Assembly: GCA_009694475.1 (NCBI GenBank)
Contig: SHUX01000002.1
Span: 1 to 55,268 of the forward strand
DNA from: Thermoleophilia bacterium
GTDB lineage: Bacteria; Actinomycetota; Thermoleophilia; Gaiellales; F1-60-MAGs149
Direction: 5' to 3'
DNA length: 55,268 nt
Part shown: positions 32,650 to 41,781 of the stretch, piece after piece
Layout: each line of letters begins with the position of its first letter
How positions within the stretch are numbered: position 1 is the first letter of the stretch
The notes under the pieces: model-generated
Databases searched by the model: none
What the model saw: only the letters and a program-made list of their open reading frames with translations
Told to the model about the DNA's origin: nothing
Made by a program: the position numbers and the translations under genes

Positions 32650-33962
32650 GCCTGCGAGTCCGGCTCGCTCTCGCAATTGCGATTATCAGCGCCCTCGTCG
32701 CTGGGGGGATTAGCGTCGCGGTGTATCAGCGCAGTACGACGGATCGTGTCGATCGGGCGCGCGAGACGGCGGCGCGGCAGGTACGGACGGCCGCCTCGAT
32801 TGTGCGGTTGCGGCTGCCTGGTGGCGCAACGGTCACGCCATCGGGCTCGTATGTGGTGACGTCCACTGGTGGGGTGGGCGATACGTCAATTGCTGCGGGA
32901 CTCCCACCGATCCTGCAAGCGCGGGTCGAGAATGCACCAGGCCGGGTCTTTAGCGAGCCGGTATTGACGGGCAGCGACCCCGCCATCTATGCGGGAACCC
33001 AATTGGCGAGCGCTGGAGCGGTCTATGTACGACAATCCTTCGTTGCGGATCAGCAAGAGCTGGGTGCGTTACAGGACGCCTTGATTCGACTGACGGCCGC
33101 AGCATCGGTGATCGGCGCGATCCTCGGTGTGCTGGTCGCCTCTGCCTTATCGCGGCGGCTGCGCCGCTCGGCTACGCTCGCGCGTCGCCTTGCGGCGGGC
33201 GACCTCGATGCCCGGCTTCATCCACGCGGTCGCGACGAGATCGCGCAGCTCGGCCGCGCGCTGGACGACATGGCCGAGGCGTTGGGCACCACAATCCGCG
33301 AGCTCGACGAGACGGCTGAGCGCGAGCGCAGGTTTTCCGCTGATGTTGCGCACGAGTTGAGGACGCCGATCACGGGTCTCGTAGCGGCCTCCTCGCTGCT
33401 CGATGACACGCCCGAGGCAGTGATGGTCAAAGAGCGTGCCGGTGCACTGGCTCACCTCGTCGAAGATCTGCTTGAGGTGATGCGCCTCGACGCGGGCGCA
33501 GAGACGGCCATGACGGATCAGTTCGACTTCGTCCGGCTCGTCGGCGACGTGACGCGCGACTGCTTGCCCGAGGCAGAGGTGACGCTGCCCGTCACGCTCC
33601 GCGTGCAGTCGGATCCGCGCCGGCTCGAGCGGATCATCGTCAACCTGCTGGAGAACGCCCGTCGTTATGGCGAAGCGCCGTTCGCGGTTGTGCTCGATGC
33701 GGACACGATGAGTCTGACGATTCGCGACAGCGGTCGAGGCTTCGGCGCCTTCCTCGACCGTGCTGCTGACCGCTTTGCGATGGCCGCGGTAGCGCGCGGC
33801 GGTGGCTCTGGGCTCGGCCTCGCGATCGCAGAGGGTCAGGCGCGCGTATTAGGCGGTACGCTGGAGCTGCACGACGATGGCGGTGCTGTCGCGACGCTGC
33901 GGCTACCGCCGGAGTCGCGTGTGCCGGTTGGTGCGTCCATTGTGGTCGGTGGTACCGGATGA
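32646..33962 (+). CDS. mtrB: sensor histidine kinase (TM-sensor-TM-HAMP-HisKA-HATPase), MtrB-like
   Basis: H-box FSADVAHELRTP, N-box LLENARRYG and G-boxes DSGRGF/GGSGLGLAIA. GTGA overlap with the regulator gene. Confidence 0.8.
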   Translation: MSLRVRLALAIAIISALVAGGISVAVYQRSTTDRVDRARETAARQVRTAASIVRLRLPGGATVTPSGSYVVTSTGGVGDTSIAAGLPPILQARVENAPGRVFSEPVLTGSDPAIYAGTQLASAGAVYVRQSFVADQQELGALQDALIRLTAAASVIGAILGVLVASALSRRLRRSATLARRLAAGDLDARLHPRGRDEIAQLGRALDDMAEALGTTIRELDETAERERRFSADVAHELRTPITGLVAASSLLDDTPEAVMVKERAGALAHLVEDLLEVMRLDAGAETAMTDQFDFVRLVGDVTRDCLPEAEVTLPVTLRVQSDPRRLERIIVNLLENARRYGEAPFAVVLDADTMSLTIRDSGRGFGAFLDRAADRFAMAAVARGGGSGLGLAIAEGQARVLGGTLELHDDGGAVATLRLPPESRVPVGASIVVGGTG

Positions 33963-34906
33963 TGCGTCTTCTGGCACTGCTCGCATTGGCGATCGTCTTC
34001 GCAGGCTGTGGGGGAGCCAACAGCGCGGTTCGGGATGAGGGCGTGGCGGCCGCGGGGGAGCAGGCGATGGTCTCGCCCGCTACGACCACTGACGTGACGT
34101 CGACACCGGTGGTGCCGGCCACACCAGCGCCCGGCGTGGCCTTTGTGTATCTGCTGCGCTACAACCAGCCAGCACCAACGCGTCGGAGCGTGCCGGTCGG
34201 TATGTCGGTGCCCGAGTCGAGCATGCGCGAGTTGTTGGCAGGCCCATCACAGGCGGAGATAACGCTCCACTACTCTACTGCGGTGCCTAAGGGCACGCGG
34301 TTGCTGAGTTACGCGGTGCGCAACCGTGTGGCGACGGTCGATGTTTCTGCGCTGCCGGCCGTGCCGGGGGAGAGCGATTCCGAGGCTCTGCTTGCGCTGT
34401 ACCAAATCGTCTATACCGTGACCGCCGCGGGCGCGATCGACGCGGTACAGGTACGCGTCAATGGGCGCCCGTATGGTCTCAACTCTGTGACGGGTGGCTC
34501 GAGTGCTCTCGAGCCACCGCTGACGCGTGCGGACCTCAGCTTTATCGTCGCGGCGGAGACCTTGCCAGGCAGCACAGGCTGTGCGGTAGCCAAGCAGGAC
34601 GCGCCGATCTACAGCGGTGCGCCGGTAGTGACCTTGCTGCGCCCAGAGAGCGGCGAGCCGGTGCAGGGGACGCTGCAAATCCGAGGCACGCTGCAAAGCA
34701 ATGGCGGCCCGATCGTGATTCGAATCCTGCAGGACGAGTTGGAGGTGACGAACCGCATCATCAACGAGCAGTGTCGAGGTAGTTTCGCAGCGACAATCCT
34801 GATGCCCCGCACGCTGCTCGGTGAGGTCGAGGTGGTCGTGATTGCCCCCGGTACGAACGGTGAGCCCGCCGCGTCGGCGCGACAGAACATCACGGTCACG
34901 GAGTAG
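33959..34906 (+). CDS. lipoprotein with a GerMN domain and a C-terminal Ig-like (Gmad2-type) domain, short LpqB-like
   Basis: Lipobox LAIVFAGC. GerMN-like block (RELLAGPSQAE...GTRLLSYAVRNRVATVDVS...YQIVYTVTA...VQVRVNG). ATGA overlap with the kinase gene. Confidence 0.75.
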   Translation: MMRLLALLALAIVFAGCGGANSAVRDEGVAAAGEQAMVSPATTTDVTSTPVVPATPAPGVAFVYLLRYNQPAPTRRSVPVGMSVPESSMRELLAGPSQAEITLHYSTAVPKGTRLLSYAVRNRVATVDVSALPAVPGESDSEALLALYQIVYTVTAAGAIDAVQVRVNGRPYGLNSVTGGSSALEPPLTRADLSFIVAAETLPGSTGCAVAKQDAPIYSGAPVVTLLRPESGEPVQGTLQIRGTLQSNGGPIVIRILQDELEVTNRIINEQCRGSFAATILMPRTLLGEVEVVVIAPGTNGEPAASARQNITVTE

Positions 34907-34921
34907 GACGCTCACGACACG

Positions 34922-34927
34922 TACGAT
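34922..34927 (+). promoter_or_regulatory. candidate -10 box TACGAT for a leaderless smpB transcript
   Basis: TACGAT, then a 6-nt spacer, then ATG at 34934. Confidence 0.35.
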
Positions 34928-34933
34928 GTAGAT

Positions 34934-35395
34934 ATGAGCGGCGAGGGCGAACAGACGATTGCGCAGAATCGAAAGGCGCGCCACGAGTACCACCTTGAGG
35001 ACAACCTTGAGGTCGGGATCGTGCTGACCGGTAGCGAGATCAAATCGTTGCGGGCCGGATCCGCCAGCGTCAACGAGGCCTACGCGATGATCCGTGGTGG
35101 TGAGGTCTGGCTGGTCGGAGCCACGATCGAGCCGTACGCCCAGTCCGGCATGCGGAATCATGATCGGCTACGGGATCGCAAACTGCTGCTGCATAAGCGC
35201 GAGATTGAGAAGTTTCGCCAGCGCGTCGAGCAGAAGGGTTTCACGCTCGTGCCGTTGCGTATTTATCTCAAGCATGGCAGGGCCAAGGTCGAACTCGCGC
35301 TTGGCCGTGGTAAAGACACGATCGATAAGCGGGAGACTGTCAAGGCGCGCGAAGCCAAGCGCGACATGGATCGCGCGGTCAAGGAACGCGGCTAG
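34934..35395 (+). CDS. smpB: SsrA-binding protein
   Basis: IAQNRKARHEY, GIVLTGSEIKS, GATIEPY, RDRKLLLHKREI and a basic C-terminal tail. Confidence 0.95.
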   Translation: MSGEGEQTIAQNRKARHEYHLEDNLEVGIVLTGSEIKSLRAGSASVNEAYAMIRGGEVWLVGATIEPYAQSGMRNHDRLRDRKLLLHKREIEKFRQRVEQKGFTLVPLRIYLKHGRAKVELALGRGKDTIDKRETVKAREAKRDMDRAVKERG

Positions 35396-35397
35396 TC

Positions 35398-36537
35398 GTG
35401 CAACGCTCGAGTGGGGCCATGGTGGGTGGCGCCGTCGTGATCGCGCTCGTGCTGATCGCTGGCTTTACTGCGCTCGGTGGTGCGGATCGACTGCGAACGG
35501 CCAACACCGTCCATGCGGCAACGTGTGATACGCAGGTGCCAGCGAGTGCTCAGGGCACAGCGGCCGAGACCGAGGCCTCACAGATTCTGCTGGCCTCGCT
35601 GCAAGCTGCGGCCTGCGCGCTGAGGGTTTCGCGCGAGGATCTCGTGCTGGCGTTGGGGCGTGGCAATGGCATCGCCGACGCCGCTCAGACGCTCGGCGTC
35701 ACAGCGGTTGCTCTCGAGGAGGCGGTGCTTGGCTCCATTACCACCACCGTCGACGCCGAGGAGGCTGCCGGCAAACTGACGCCGACGACGGCGCTCGCGG
35801 TTCGCACCCTGATCGACATCGTGCCACCAGACCAACTGCTGGCAGCGGTACGCGGCGAGCAGGGTGCGTGTCAGACGTTGCCGTGGAAGTCGGTGGGCGA
35901 CCTCAAGCAGATCGCGGCCGAGATTGGTGTCAAGACGGGACTGGGTGCTGCCTGTGCCTTGCAGGTCTCGCCCCTCGAGGCGGTCGCGGCACTCGCCGAC
36001 CCGCGGGGGTTGGACGGGTTGGTGACACGCGCCGGAGTGTCTCAGGCCGCCGTCGAGCAGGCTGTGCGCACCGCGATGGAGCAGGCGATTAACGAGGCCG
36101 CTGCTGCGGGCGCACTGTCTGGCACCGAAGGGACGGTGTTGGCTGCAGCCGCGCGTGTTGCTCCCGTCGACCGGCTGCTCGCGATCGTACGTGGCGATGA
36201 CGACCCCTGCGAGCCGTTTCTCTGGCCCGGCTCGACCAATCGGGGAGAGATGCTGGCGGCCGTTGCGCTGGTTGGTGTCGTCGATGCGGCCTGCCAGCTG
36301 GGTGTGCCGACGTTCGACATGTTTGCTGCCCTCGCCAGCCAAGCCGATTTGGACCGCCTGATCGCCAGCTCGGGCGCGTCCCAGGAGGAGCTCGAGGCTG
36401 CACTGCAGAGCGGGTTGGAGAAGGGGCTCGATCAGGCGCAGGAGGCTGACGCGGTCTCGACTATCGAGGCGCTGCTCTTACGCGCGGTGCTATCGCAGGT
36501 CGGCATTCTCGACCTGCTTCAGAACTTCATTGGCTGA
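35398..36537 (+). CDS. hypothetical membrane-anchored/secreted protein made of three 113-aa tandem repeats
   Basis: GTG lies 3 nt after the smpB stop. It has an N-terminal hydrophobic segment and repeats marked by AAC-x-L-x-V and LLAxVRG....C, with Cys73/186/299 and Cys158/271. GC3 is high. No family recognised. Confidence 0.7.
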   Translation: MQRSSGAMVGGAVVIALVLIAGFTALGGADRLRTANTVHAATCDTQVPASAQGTAAETEASQILLASLQAAACALRVSREDLVLALGRGNGIADAAQTLGVTAVALEEAVLGSITTTVDAEEAAGKLTPTTALAVRTLIDIVPPDQLLAAVRGEQGACQTLPWKSVGDLKQIAAEIGVKTGLGAACALQVSPLEAVAALADPRGLDGLVTRAGVSQAAVEQAVRTAMEQAINEAAAAGALSGTEGTVLAAAARVAPVDRLLAIVRGDDDPCEPFLWPGSTNRGEMLAAVALVGVVDAACQLGVPTFDMFAALASQADLDRLIASSGASQEELEAALQSGLEKGLDQAQEADAVSTIEALLLRAVLSQVGILDLLQNFIG

Positions 36538-36595
36538 GGCGAGCCGTTCAGGGCGCGCGGATTGCCGGCGTTCTGTAGTATTGGTCAGGTCCACA

Positions 36596-36960
<365 letters not shown>

Positions 36961-36972
36961 TCCAGGACGCAC

Positions 36973-37001
36973 GATCCCCCTCCTCAGAAGGGAGGGGGAT
37001 C
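36973..37001 (+). terminator. perfect 11-bp stem hairpin just downstream of ssrA
   Basis: GATCCCCCTCC-tcagaag-GGAGGGGGATC. No U-tract follows. Confidence 0.55.
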
Positions 37002-37084
37002 GCTCAATCGCAGGCGTTCTACGCAGCACAGATACGCGGGTATTTTGTGGACCAGCGGCGCTTTCACATGGTGGGCACAACAGG

Positions 37085-37090
37085 TAGGCT
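37085..37090 (+). promoter_or_regulatory. candidate -10 box TAGGCT for the leaderless E1-like gene
   Basis: TAGGCT, then a 6-nt spacer, then ATG at 37097. Confidence 0.4.
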
Positions 37091-37096
37091 GTCGCC

Positions 37097-39469
37097 ATGG
37101 CGATCGCTCCACGCACCGACTTGAGTTCCCACGAACTGGAGACGCTGGCCTCAATTCAACGCCGCGTACTATGGCTCTCGACGCGCATGATCGATTACGC
37201 CAACCATGAGCGCCCATCGGATGACAATCTGCACGTTGGGGGTCACCAGGCCTCTTCCGCGTCGATGGTGACCGCGATGACGGCGCTCTACTTTCACTGG
37301 CTCAAGGCCGGTGATCGCGTTTCGGTTAAGCCGCATGCCTCGCCGGTGCTGCATTCGATCAACTACCTGCTTGGGCGACTCGACCGCGAGTACCTGATGA
37401 CGCTGCGCGATTTCGGCGGGCTGCAGTCGTACCCGTCGCGCACGAAGGATCCAGATCCGATCGATTTTTCCACCGGCTCGGTCGGGCTCGGCGCAGCGGC
37501 GCCTCTCTTCGCCAGCGTTGCCGACCGCTACATCAACGCTCATTTTGACGCCGAACCTGACCGCCGGTTCGTCGCGTTGATGGGCGATGCCGAGCTCGAC
37601 GAGGGCAATATTTGGGAGGCGCTCGCCGACCACTCTGCCCGCGGTCTGGGGAAGTTGACCTGGATTGTGGACTTCAATCGTCAGAGTCTCGACCGCGTCG
37701 TGCCACGTGTCCGCTCGCAAGAGTTGACGCACGTCTTTCGTGATCATGATTGGCAGGTTGAGGTCGTCAAGTACGGGAGCAAACTCCGCGAAGCATTCGC
37801 GCGAGACGGGGGCGACGTCCTTGAGCGACGCATCGACGATATGCCCAACTCGGCGTATCAGAGCATGTTGCGTGCGAGCGGTGCAGACATGCGTCGCCTC
37901 GTGATTGACGGCGCGCCGACCGCTGACCGCAAGGCACTTGCTGGTGTCCTCGATGCCTACGAGGATGTCGCCATCCCGGATCTGATTGGCGATCTGGGGG
38001 GACACGATCTTGGCGACATGATCGCCGCGCTCGAGCGTGCCGATGCGGATCCCGATCGACCGACCGTGATCTTCGCCTTCACCGTCAAAGGCTGGGGGCT
38101 GCACACAGCGGGGCATCCACTCAATCACGCTGCGCTGCTGTCCAGCACGCAGGTCGACGAGTTGCGCGTCAAGTTGGCGGATCCGAACGACGAGTGGGCT
38201 GGCTTTGCACCAGATTCGCCCGAGGGGCGGGTCTGCGTTGATTCGGCTCTGCGCTTGAACGAACAGCATGTGGCTCCGGCACGCCGTGTCGACCCGTATG
38301 CCATTCCGCAGGAGTTCGGGCCCGTCACGACACGTCCGACGTCGAGCCAGGAAGCCTTTGCACGCGTGCTTCAGGACATCGCAAACGTCGATGAGGTGGC
38401 GAGCAGTATTGTCACCACGAGTCCCGACGTTTCGATCTCGACAGGGCTCGGTGGCTGGATCAATAAGCGCGGCGTCTTCAGTCCAGAGATCGAAGAGCTC
38501 TTTGTGACCGAGGACGCAGGCCCCCTCAAGTGGGAGCCATCGCCGAAAGGTCAGCACATCGAGCTCGGTATTTCGGAGATGAACCTGTTTCTGCTGCTTG
38601 GCCAACTCGGACTTGGTGCAGAGCTCCACGGGCACCAACTGCTCCCAATCGGCACCGTCTACGATCCGTTCGTCTGTCGCGGACTCGATGCGCTGATCTA
38701 CTCCGTCTATTCTGGCGCTCGCTTTATCTTCGCCGGCACGCCGTCCGGTGTCTCGCTCTCGCGCGAGGGCGGTGCACACCAGTCGTCGATCACTGCCTCG
38801 ATCGGTATGGAACTACCCGGACTGACGATGTGGGAGCCCTGCTACGCACTCGAAACCGAGTGGGTGATGCTGCACGGGCTGCGGGATATCGTGCTGCCGG
38901 ATGGGGAGGCGCACTACCTGCGGCTATCGACCACGCCCGTCGCACAGGATGCATTCGGTGCGCTGCTCGAGCGTGTCGATCGCGCCGCGCTGCGTGACGA
39001 AGTGCTGGCAGGCGGCTATCGCCTCGTCGAGGCCGAGGCCGGTGGGCCAGGCTCGCGGGTCGTGATCGCGGCGTGCGGCGCGATGATTCCGCAGGCGCTC
39101 GCGGCACGCGAGTTGTTGGCTGCCGAGGACATTGGCGCCGCGATCGTTAATGTCACCAGCCCGGATCGACTCTTCCGCGCCTTGCGAACCCGCACCGGAG
39201 CGTTGCGCAACGGTCGCCTCAGCGACCCGTCGATCCTCGAACGACTGACCGTGCCCGAAGAGCGCGGCGTACCGCTAATCACTGTTCACGACGCTGCTCC
39301 ACACGCCTTGGCTTTCCTTGGCTCAGCCTTCGCCGCGCCACTGATTCCCCTTGGTGTCGATCGGTTTGGTCAGTGTGGCTCGCAGCCTGATATCTACGAA
39401 TGGCTCGACCTCAGCGCCGAGGCCATTGCCGAGGCTGCGATCGCGGGTCTCTGGCGCCCCGAGCAGTAG
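37097..39469 (+). CDS. thiamine-diphosphate-dependent E1 component-like enzyme (homodimeric AceE/transketolase-like family)
   Basis: 790 aa. N-terminal VGGHQASSASMVTAMTALYF...PHASP resembles AceE GGH..S..S. The ThDP motif is GDAELDEGNIWEAL...NRQS. The C-terminal half is transketolase-like. No E2 or E3 gene is adjacent. Confidence 0.7.
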   Translation: MAIAPRTDLSSHELETLASIQRRVLWLSTRMIDYANHERPSDDNLHVGGHQASSASMVTAMTALYFHWLKAGDRVSVKPHASPVLHSINYLLGRLDREYLMTLRDFGGLQSYPSRTKDPDPIDFSTGSVGLGAAAPLFASVADRYINAHFDAEPDRRFVALMGDAELDEGNIWEALADHSARGLGKLTWIVDFNRQSLDRVVPRVRSQELTHVFRDHDWQVEVVKYGSKLREAFARDGGDVLERRIDDMPNSAYQSMLRASGADMRRLVIDGAPTADRKALAGVLDAYEDVAIPDLIGDLGGHDLGDMIAALERADADPDRPTVIFAFTVKGWGLHTAGHPLNHAALLSSTQVDELRVKLADPNDEWAGFAPDSPEGRVCVDSALRLNEQHVAPARRVDPYAIPQEFGPVTTRPTSSQEAFARVLQDIANVDEVASSIVTTSPDVSISTGLGGWINKRGVFSPEIEELFVTEDAGPLKWEPSPKGQHIELGISEMNLFLLLGQLGLGAELHGHQLLPIGTVYDPFVCRGLDALIYSVYSGARFIFAGTPSGVSLSREGGAHQSSITASIGMELPGLTMWEPCYALETEWVMLHGLRDIVLPDGEAHYLRLSTTPVAQDAFGALLERVDRAALRDEVLAGGYRLVEAEAGGPGSRVVIAACGAMIPQALAARELLAAEDIGAAIVNVTSPDRLFRALRTRTGALRNGRLSDPSILERLTVPEERGVPLITVHDAAPHALAFLGSAFAAPLIPLGVDRFGQCGSQPDIYEWLDLSAEAIAEAAIAGLWRPEQ

Positions 39470-40452
39470 TGGAACTGCCGGCGCACGTCGCAGCTAATCG
39501 CCGTCAGTGGGACGCCTGGGCGTCTGACTATGTGGCGGCCGGTGAGGCTTCGTGGGCCGGTCAGCCGAAGTGGGGTCTATTCGGTCTGCCGGAGACCGAG
39601 GTGGGTCTAGTGCCCGCGTCTGTGGAGGGTCTCGATACCATCGAACTCGGTTGCGGCACGGGCTACGTCTCGGCCTGGCTGGCACGTCGGGGAGCGCGAC
39701 CGGTCGGCATCGACAACTCAGAACAGCAATTACGGACGGCTCGACTGCTGCAGGTTGAGCACGGACTCGACTTCCCGCTCCACTTTGGCAATGCGGAGGC
39801 AACACCGTTTGCGGACGACTCATTCGACCTCGCGATCTCCGAGTACGGTGCCAGCATCTGGTGTGACCCCTACGTCTGGATCCCAGAGGCCGCCCGCATC
39901 CTGCGGCCGGGTGGCGAACTGATCTTTCTCGTCAGTGCAGTCGTTGCTGTGCTCTGTCTCGGCGACCTTGAGACTGACACCGTTACAACCACGCTGGCAC
40001 GACCGCAGTGCGGCATGCACGTATTCGATTGGCCCGATGACGACTCGGTCGAGTTTCACCTCTCGCATGGCGAGCAATTGCGACTACTGCGTGAGTGTGG
40101 CTTCGAGGCCGAACAGCTGCTCGAGCTCTACGCACCGGTTGACGCCACCACGCGTTACACGTACATGACCGCTGAGTGGGCTGCTCAGTGGCCCGTCGAA
40201 GAGGTCTGGCGCGCGCCTACGGCGCTAGCGTGCGTAACGGTCGGTCAACGCTACCGAGCCAAAGGCAACACAGACGAGCCGCTACGTGGCCAAGTCCGAG
40301 TTGTTGGTCGAGCGATTGCAGCAGTCGTACGAGCGCAGAGAAGAACACAACCTCAGAGAGAGCAGCCAACGCGCAAATACGTACGATCAGCCGCGTGTTG
40401 GAAACTGCTTCCGACCACACCACAGAGCGCGCTACGGTGTCGCTATGAGTAG
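39469..40452 (+). CDS. class I SAM-dependent methyltransferase; the 3' end is doubtful
   Basis: Motif I ELGCGTGYVSAWLA and post-I GIDNSEQQL. The GTG overlaps the upstream TAG by 1 nt. After about WPVEEVWRA (around 40210) the frame stays open with poor codon bias and an Arg/Gln-rich tail until TAG 40452. Confidence 0.7.
   Translation: MELPAHVAANRRQWDAWASDYVAAGEASWAGQPKWGLFGLPETEVGLVPASVEGLDTIELGCGTGYVSAWLARRGARPVGIDNSEQQLRTARLLQVEHGLDFPLHFGNAEATPFADDSFDLAISEYGASIWCDPYVWIPEAARILRPGGELIFLVSAVVAVLCLGDLETDTVTTTLARPQCGMHVFDWPDDDSVEFHLSHGEQLRLLRECGFEAEQLLELYAPVDATTRYTYMTAEWAAQWPVEEVWRAPTALACVTVGQRYRAKGNTDEPLRGQVRVVGRAIAAVVRAQRRTQPQREQPTRKYVRSAACWKLLPTTPQSALRCRYE
40433..40438 (+). promoter_or_regulatory. 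candidate -10 box TACGGT for the leaderless glutathionyl-hydroquinone reductase gene
   Basis: TACGGT, then a 6-nt spacer, then ATG at 40445. Confidence 0.4.
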
Positions 40453-41392
40453 TCTTTCGGCGCAATTCCCTCGCGAGACCGACCAGCAGGGCTCGTTCGT
40501 TCGCCAGCCGAGCCGATTTCTCGACCGTGTCTGTCCGCACGGTACGACGAATTATTCGGCCGAGGCAGGGCGCTACGTGCTGTACGTCTCATACGCCTGC
40601 CCCTGGGCACACCGCGTGATTCTGACACGTCACCTGAAGCGACTCGAGGATGTCGTGCCGATGGTTGTCGTCAATCCGTACCGTGACGAGCGTGGCTGGG
40701 GGTTCGGTGATCCCGTCGGTTCGGAGACCGAGCCCTACGAGGGCTTTCGCTTTCTGGCCGAGGCCTACGCAATTGCGGACCCCGCGTACAACGGGCGTGT
40801 GACGGTGCCCACGATGTGGGATCTGCAGACGCGTACGATCGTCTGCAACGAGTCCGCGCTGATGATGCGCATGCTCGACACGGGCTTCGACGCCTTTACG
40901 GATGTGCGCCTCGACTTGCGGCCCGAGTCGCAGATTCCCGAGCTTGACGCGCTCGAAGGACGCATCTACGACGCAGTCAACGACGGTGTCTACAGGTGTG
41001 GTTTTGCTGGCACACAAGAGGCCTACGACGAAGCCGTCGCGGCACTGTTTGGCATGCTCGACGAACTTGACGAACGACTTGTGACACGCCGTTATCTGAT
41101 GGGGTCGGCGATCACTGAGGCAGACTGGCGTCTGTTCACGACCCTGATCCGCTTCGACCCAATCTACGTTGGTCACTTCAAGACGAATCTCCGCCGCATC
41201 GCCGACTACGCGAATCTTGGACCGTACCTGCGCGATCTCTACCAGCAGCCCGGAATTGCTGAGACCGTCCGGGTCGACGAGATCAAGATCCACTACTACA
41301 CGACGCATCGACAACTAAATCCAAGCGGCGTTATCCCGGCCGGACCGGTGCTCGACTGGGACGCACCGCACGACCGGGAGCGACTGGTTTAG
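40445..41392 (+). CDS. glutathionyl-hydroquinone reductase (Xi-class GST, YqjG/ECM4 family)
   Basis: GSFVRQPSRF.DRV, GRYVLYVSYACPWAHR (CPWA active site) and a C-terminal GST fold. The ORF-track start 40286 adds 53 aa not seen in the homologues I recall. Confidence 0.85.
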   Translation: MSSLSAQFPRETDQQGSFVRQPSRFLDRVCPHGTTNYSAEAGRYVLYVSYACPWAHRVILTRHLKRLEDVVPMVVVNPYRDERGWGFGDPVGSETEPYEGFRFLAEAYAIADPAYNGRVTVPTMWDLQTRTIVCNESALMMRMLDTGFDAFTDVRLDLRPESQIPELDALEGRIYDAVNDGVYRCGFAGTQEAYDEAVAALFGMLDELDERLVTRRYLMGSAITEADWRLFTTLIRFDPIYVGHFKTNLRRIADYANLGPYLRDLYQQPGIAETVRVDEIKIHYYTTHRQLNPSGVIPAGPVLDWDAPHDRERLV

Positions 41393-41416
41393 TAGATCGG
41401 GCTAAGGAACGAGAAA

Positions 41417-41434
41417 GCCCCGCCGGAGCGGGGC
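41417..41434. terminator. GC-rich hairpin between the convergent GS-HQR gene and tRNA-Gly
   Basis: GCCCCGC-cgga-GCGGGGC, flanked by AAA on the left and CTT on the right. Confidence 0.55.
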
Positions 41435-41454
41435 CTTCAAGAGAGCCGAACGAG

Positions 41455-41528
41455 AGCGGATGATGGGGCTCGAACCCACGACCTTCGCCATGGCAAGGCG
41501 ACGCTCTAGCCAACTGAGCTACATCCGC
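41455..41528 (-). tRNA. tRNA-Gly (anticodon GCC)
   Basis: The reverse complement folds as a cloverleaf: acceptor GCGGATG/CATCCGC, D arm GCTC-AGTTGGCTA-GAGC, anticodon arm TCGCC-TTGCCAT-GGCGA, T arm GTGGG-TTCGAGC-CCCAT and discriminator T. CCA is not encoded. Confidence 0.93.
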
Positions 41529-41537
41529 GTGGGGGTG

Positions 41538-41543
41538 AGTATA
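41538..41543 (-). promoter_or_regulatory. candidate -10 box TATACT for tRNA-Gly
   Basis: On the minus strand, TATACT lies 9 nt upstream of the mature tRNA 5' end. Confidence 0.35.
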
Positions 41544-41781
41544 GGACAGCCATTCCGCAGGCGGCGCGATCACCGTTTCGGTTGCGTTATCGGTCGCGCG
41601 GAGTTCACCGTGGGAGAGGCCACAACCACGAAGGAGCCATGGCTCGATCACCACAATTACCGATTAGTGGGAACGCGTGGAGTGCCGGACTGTATGAGAC
41701 CGGCTGTGTGTGTGCTGGTGCAGGTAGGCTGCTCCGATACGGGCAACTGATCGTCCCGTGGATCGTCGGAGGAGCACTCGC

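Noticed and set aside
41460-41750. ORFs reading MMGLEPTTFAMARRRSSQLSYIRV... (41460..41750 +) and 41331..41654 (-).
   Set aside because: These are translations across the tRNA-Gly gene and its flanks. The GLEPTT pattern is the typical signature of a T-arm read on the opposite strand.
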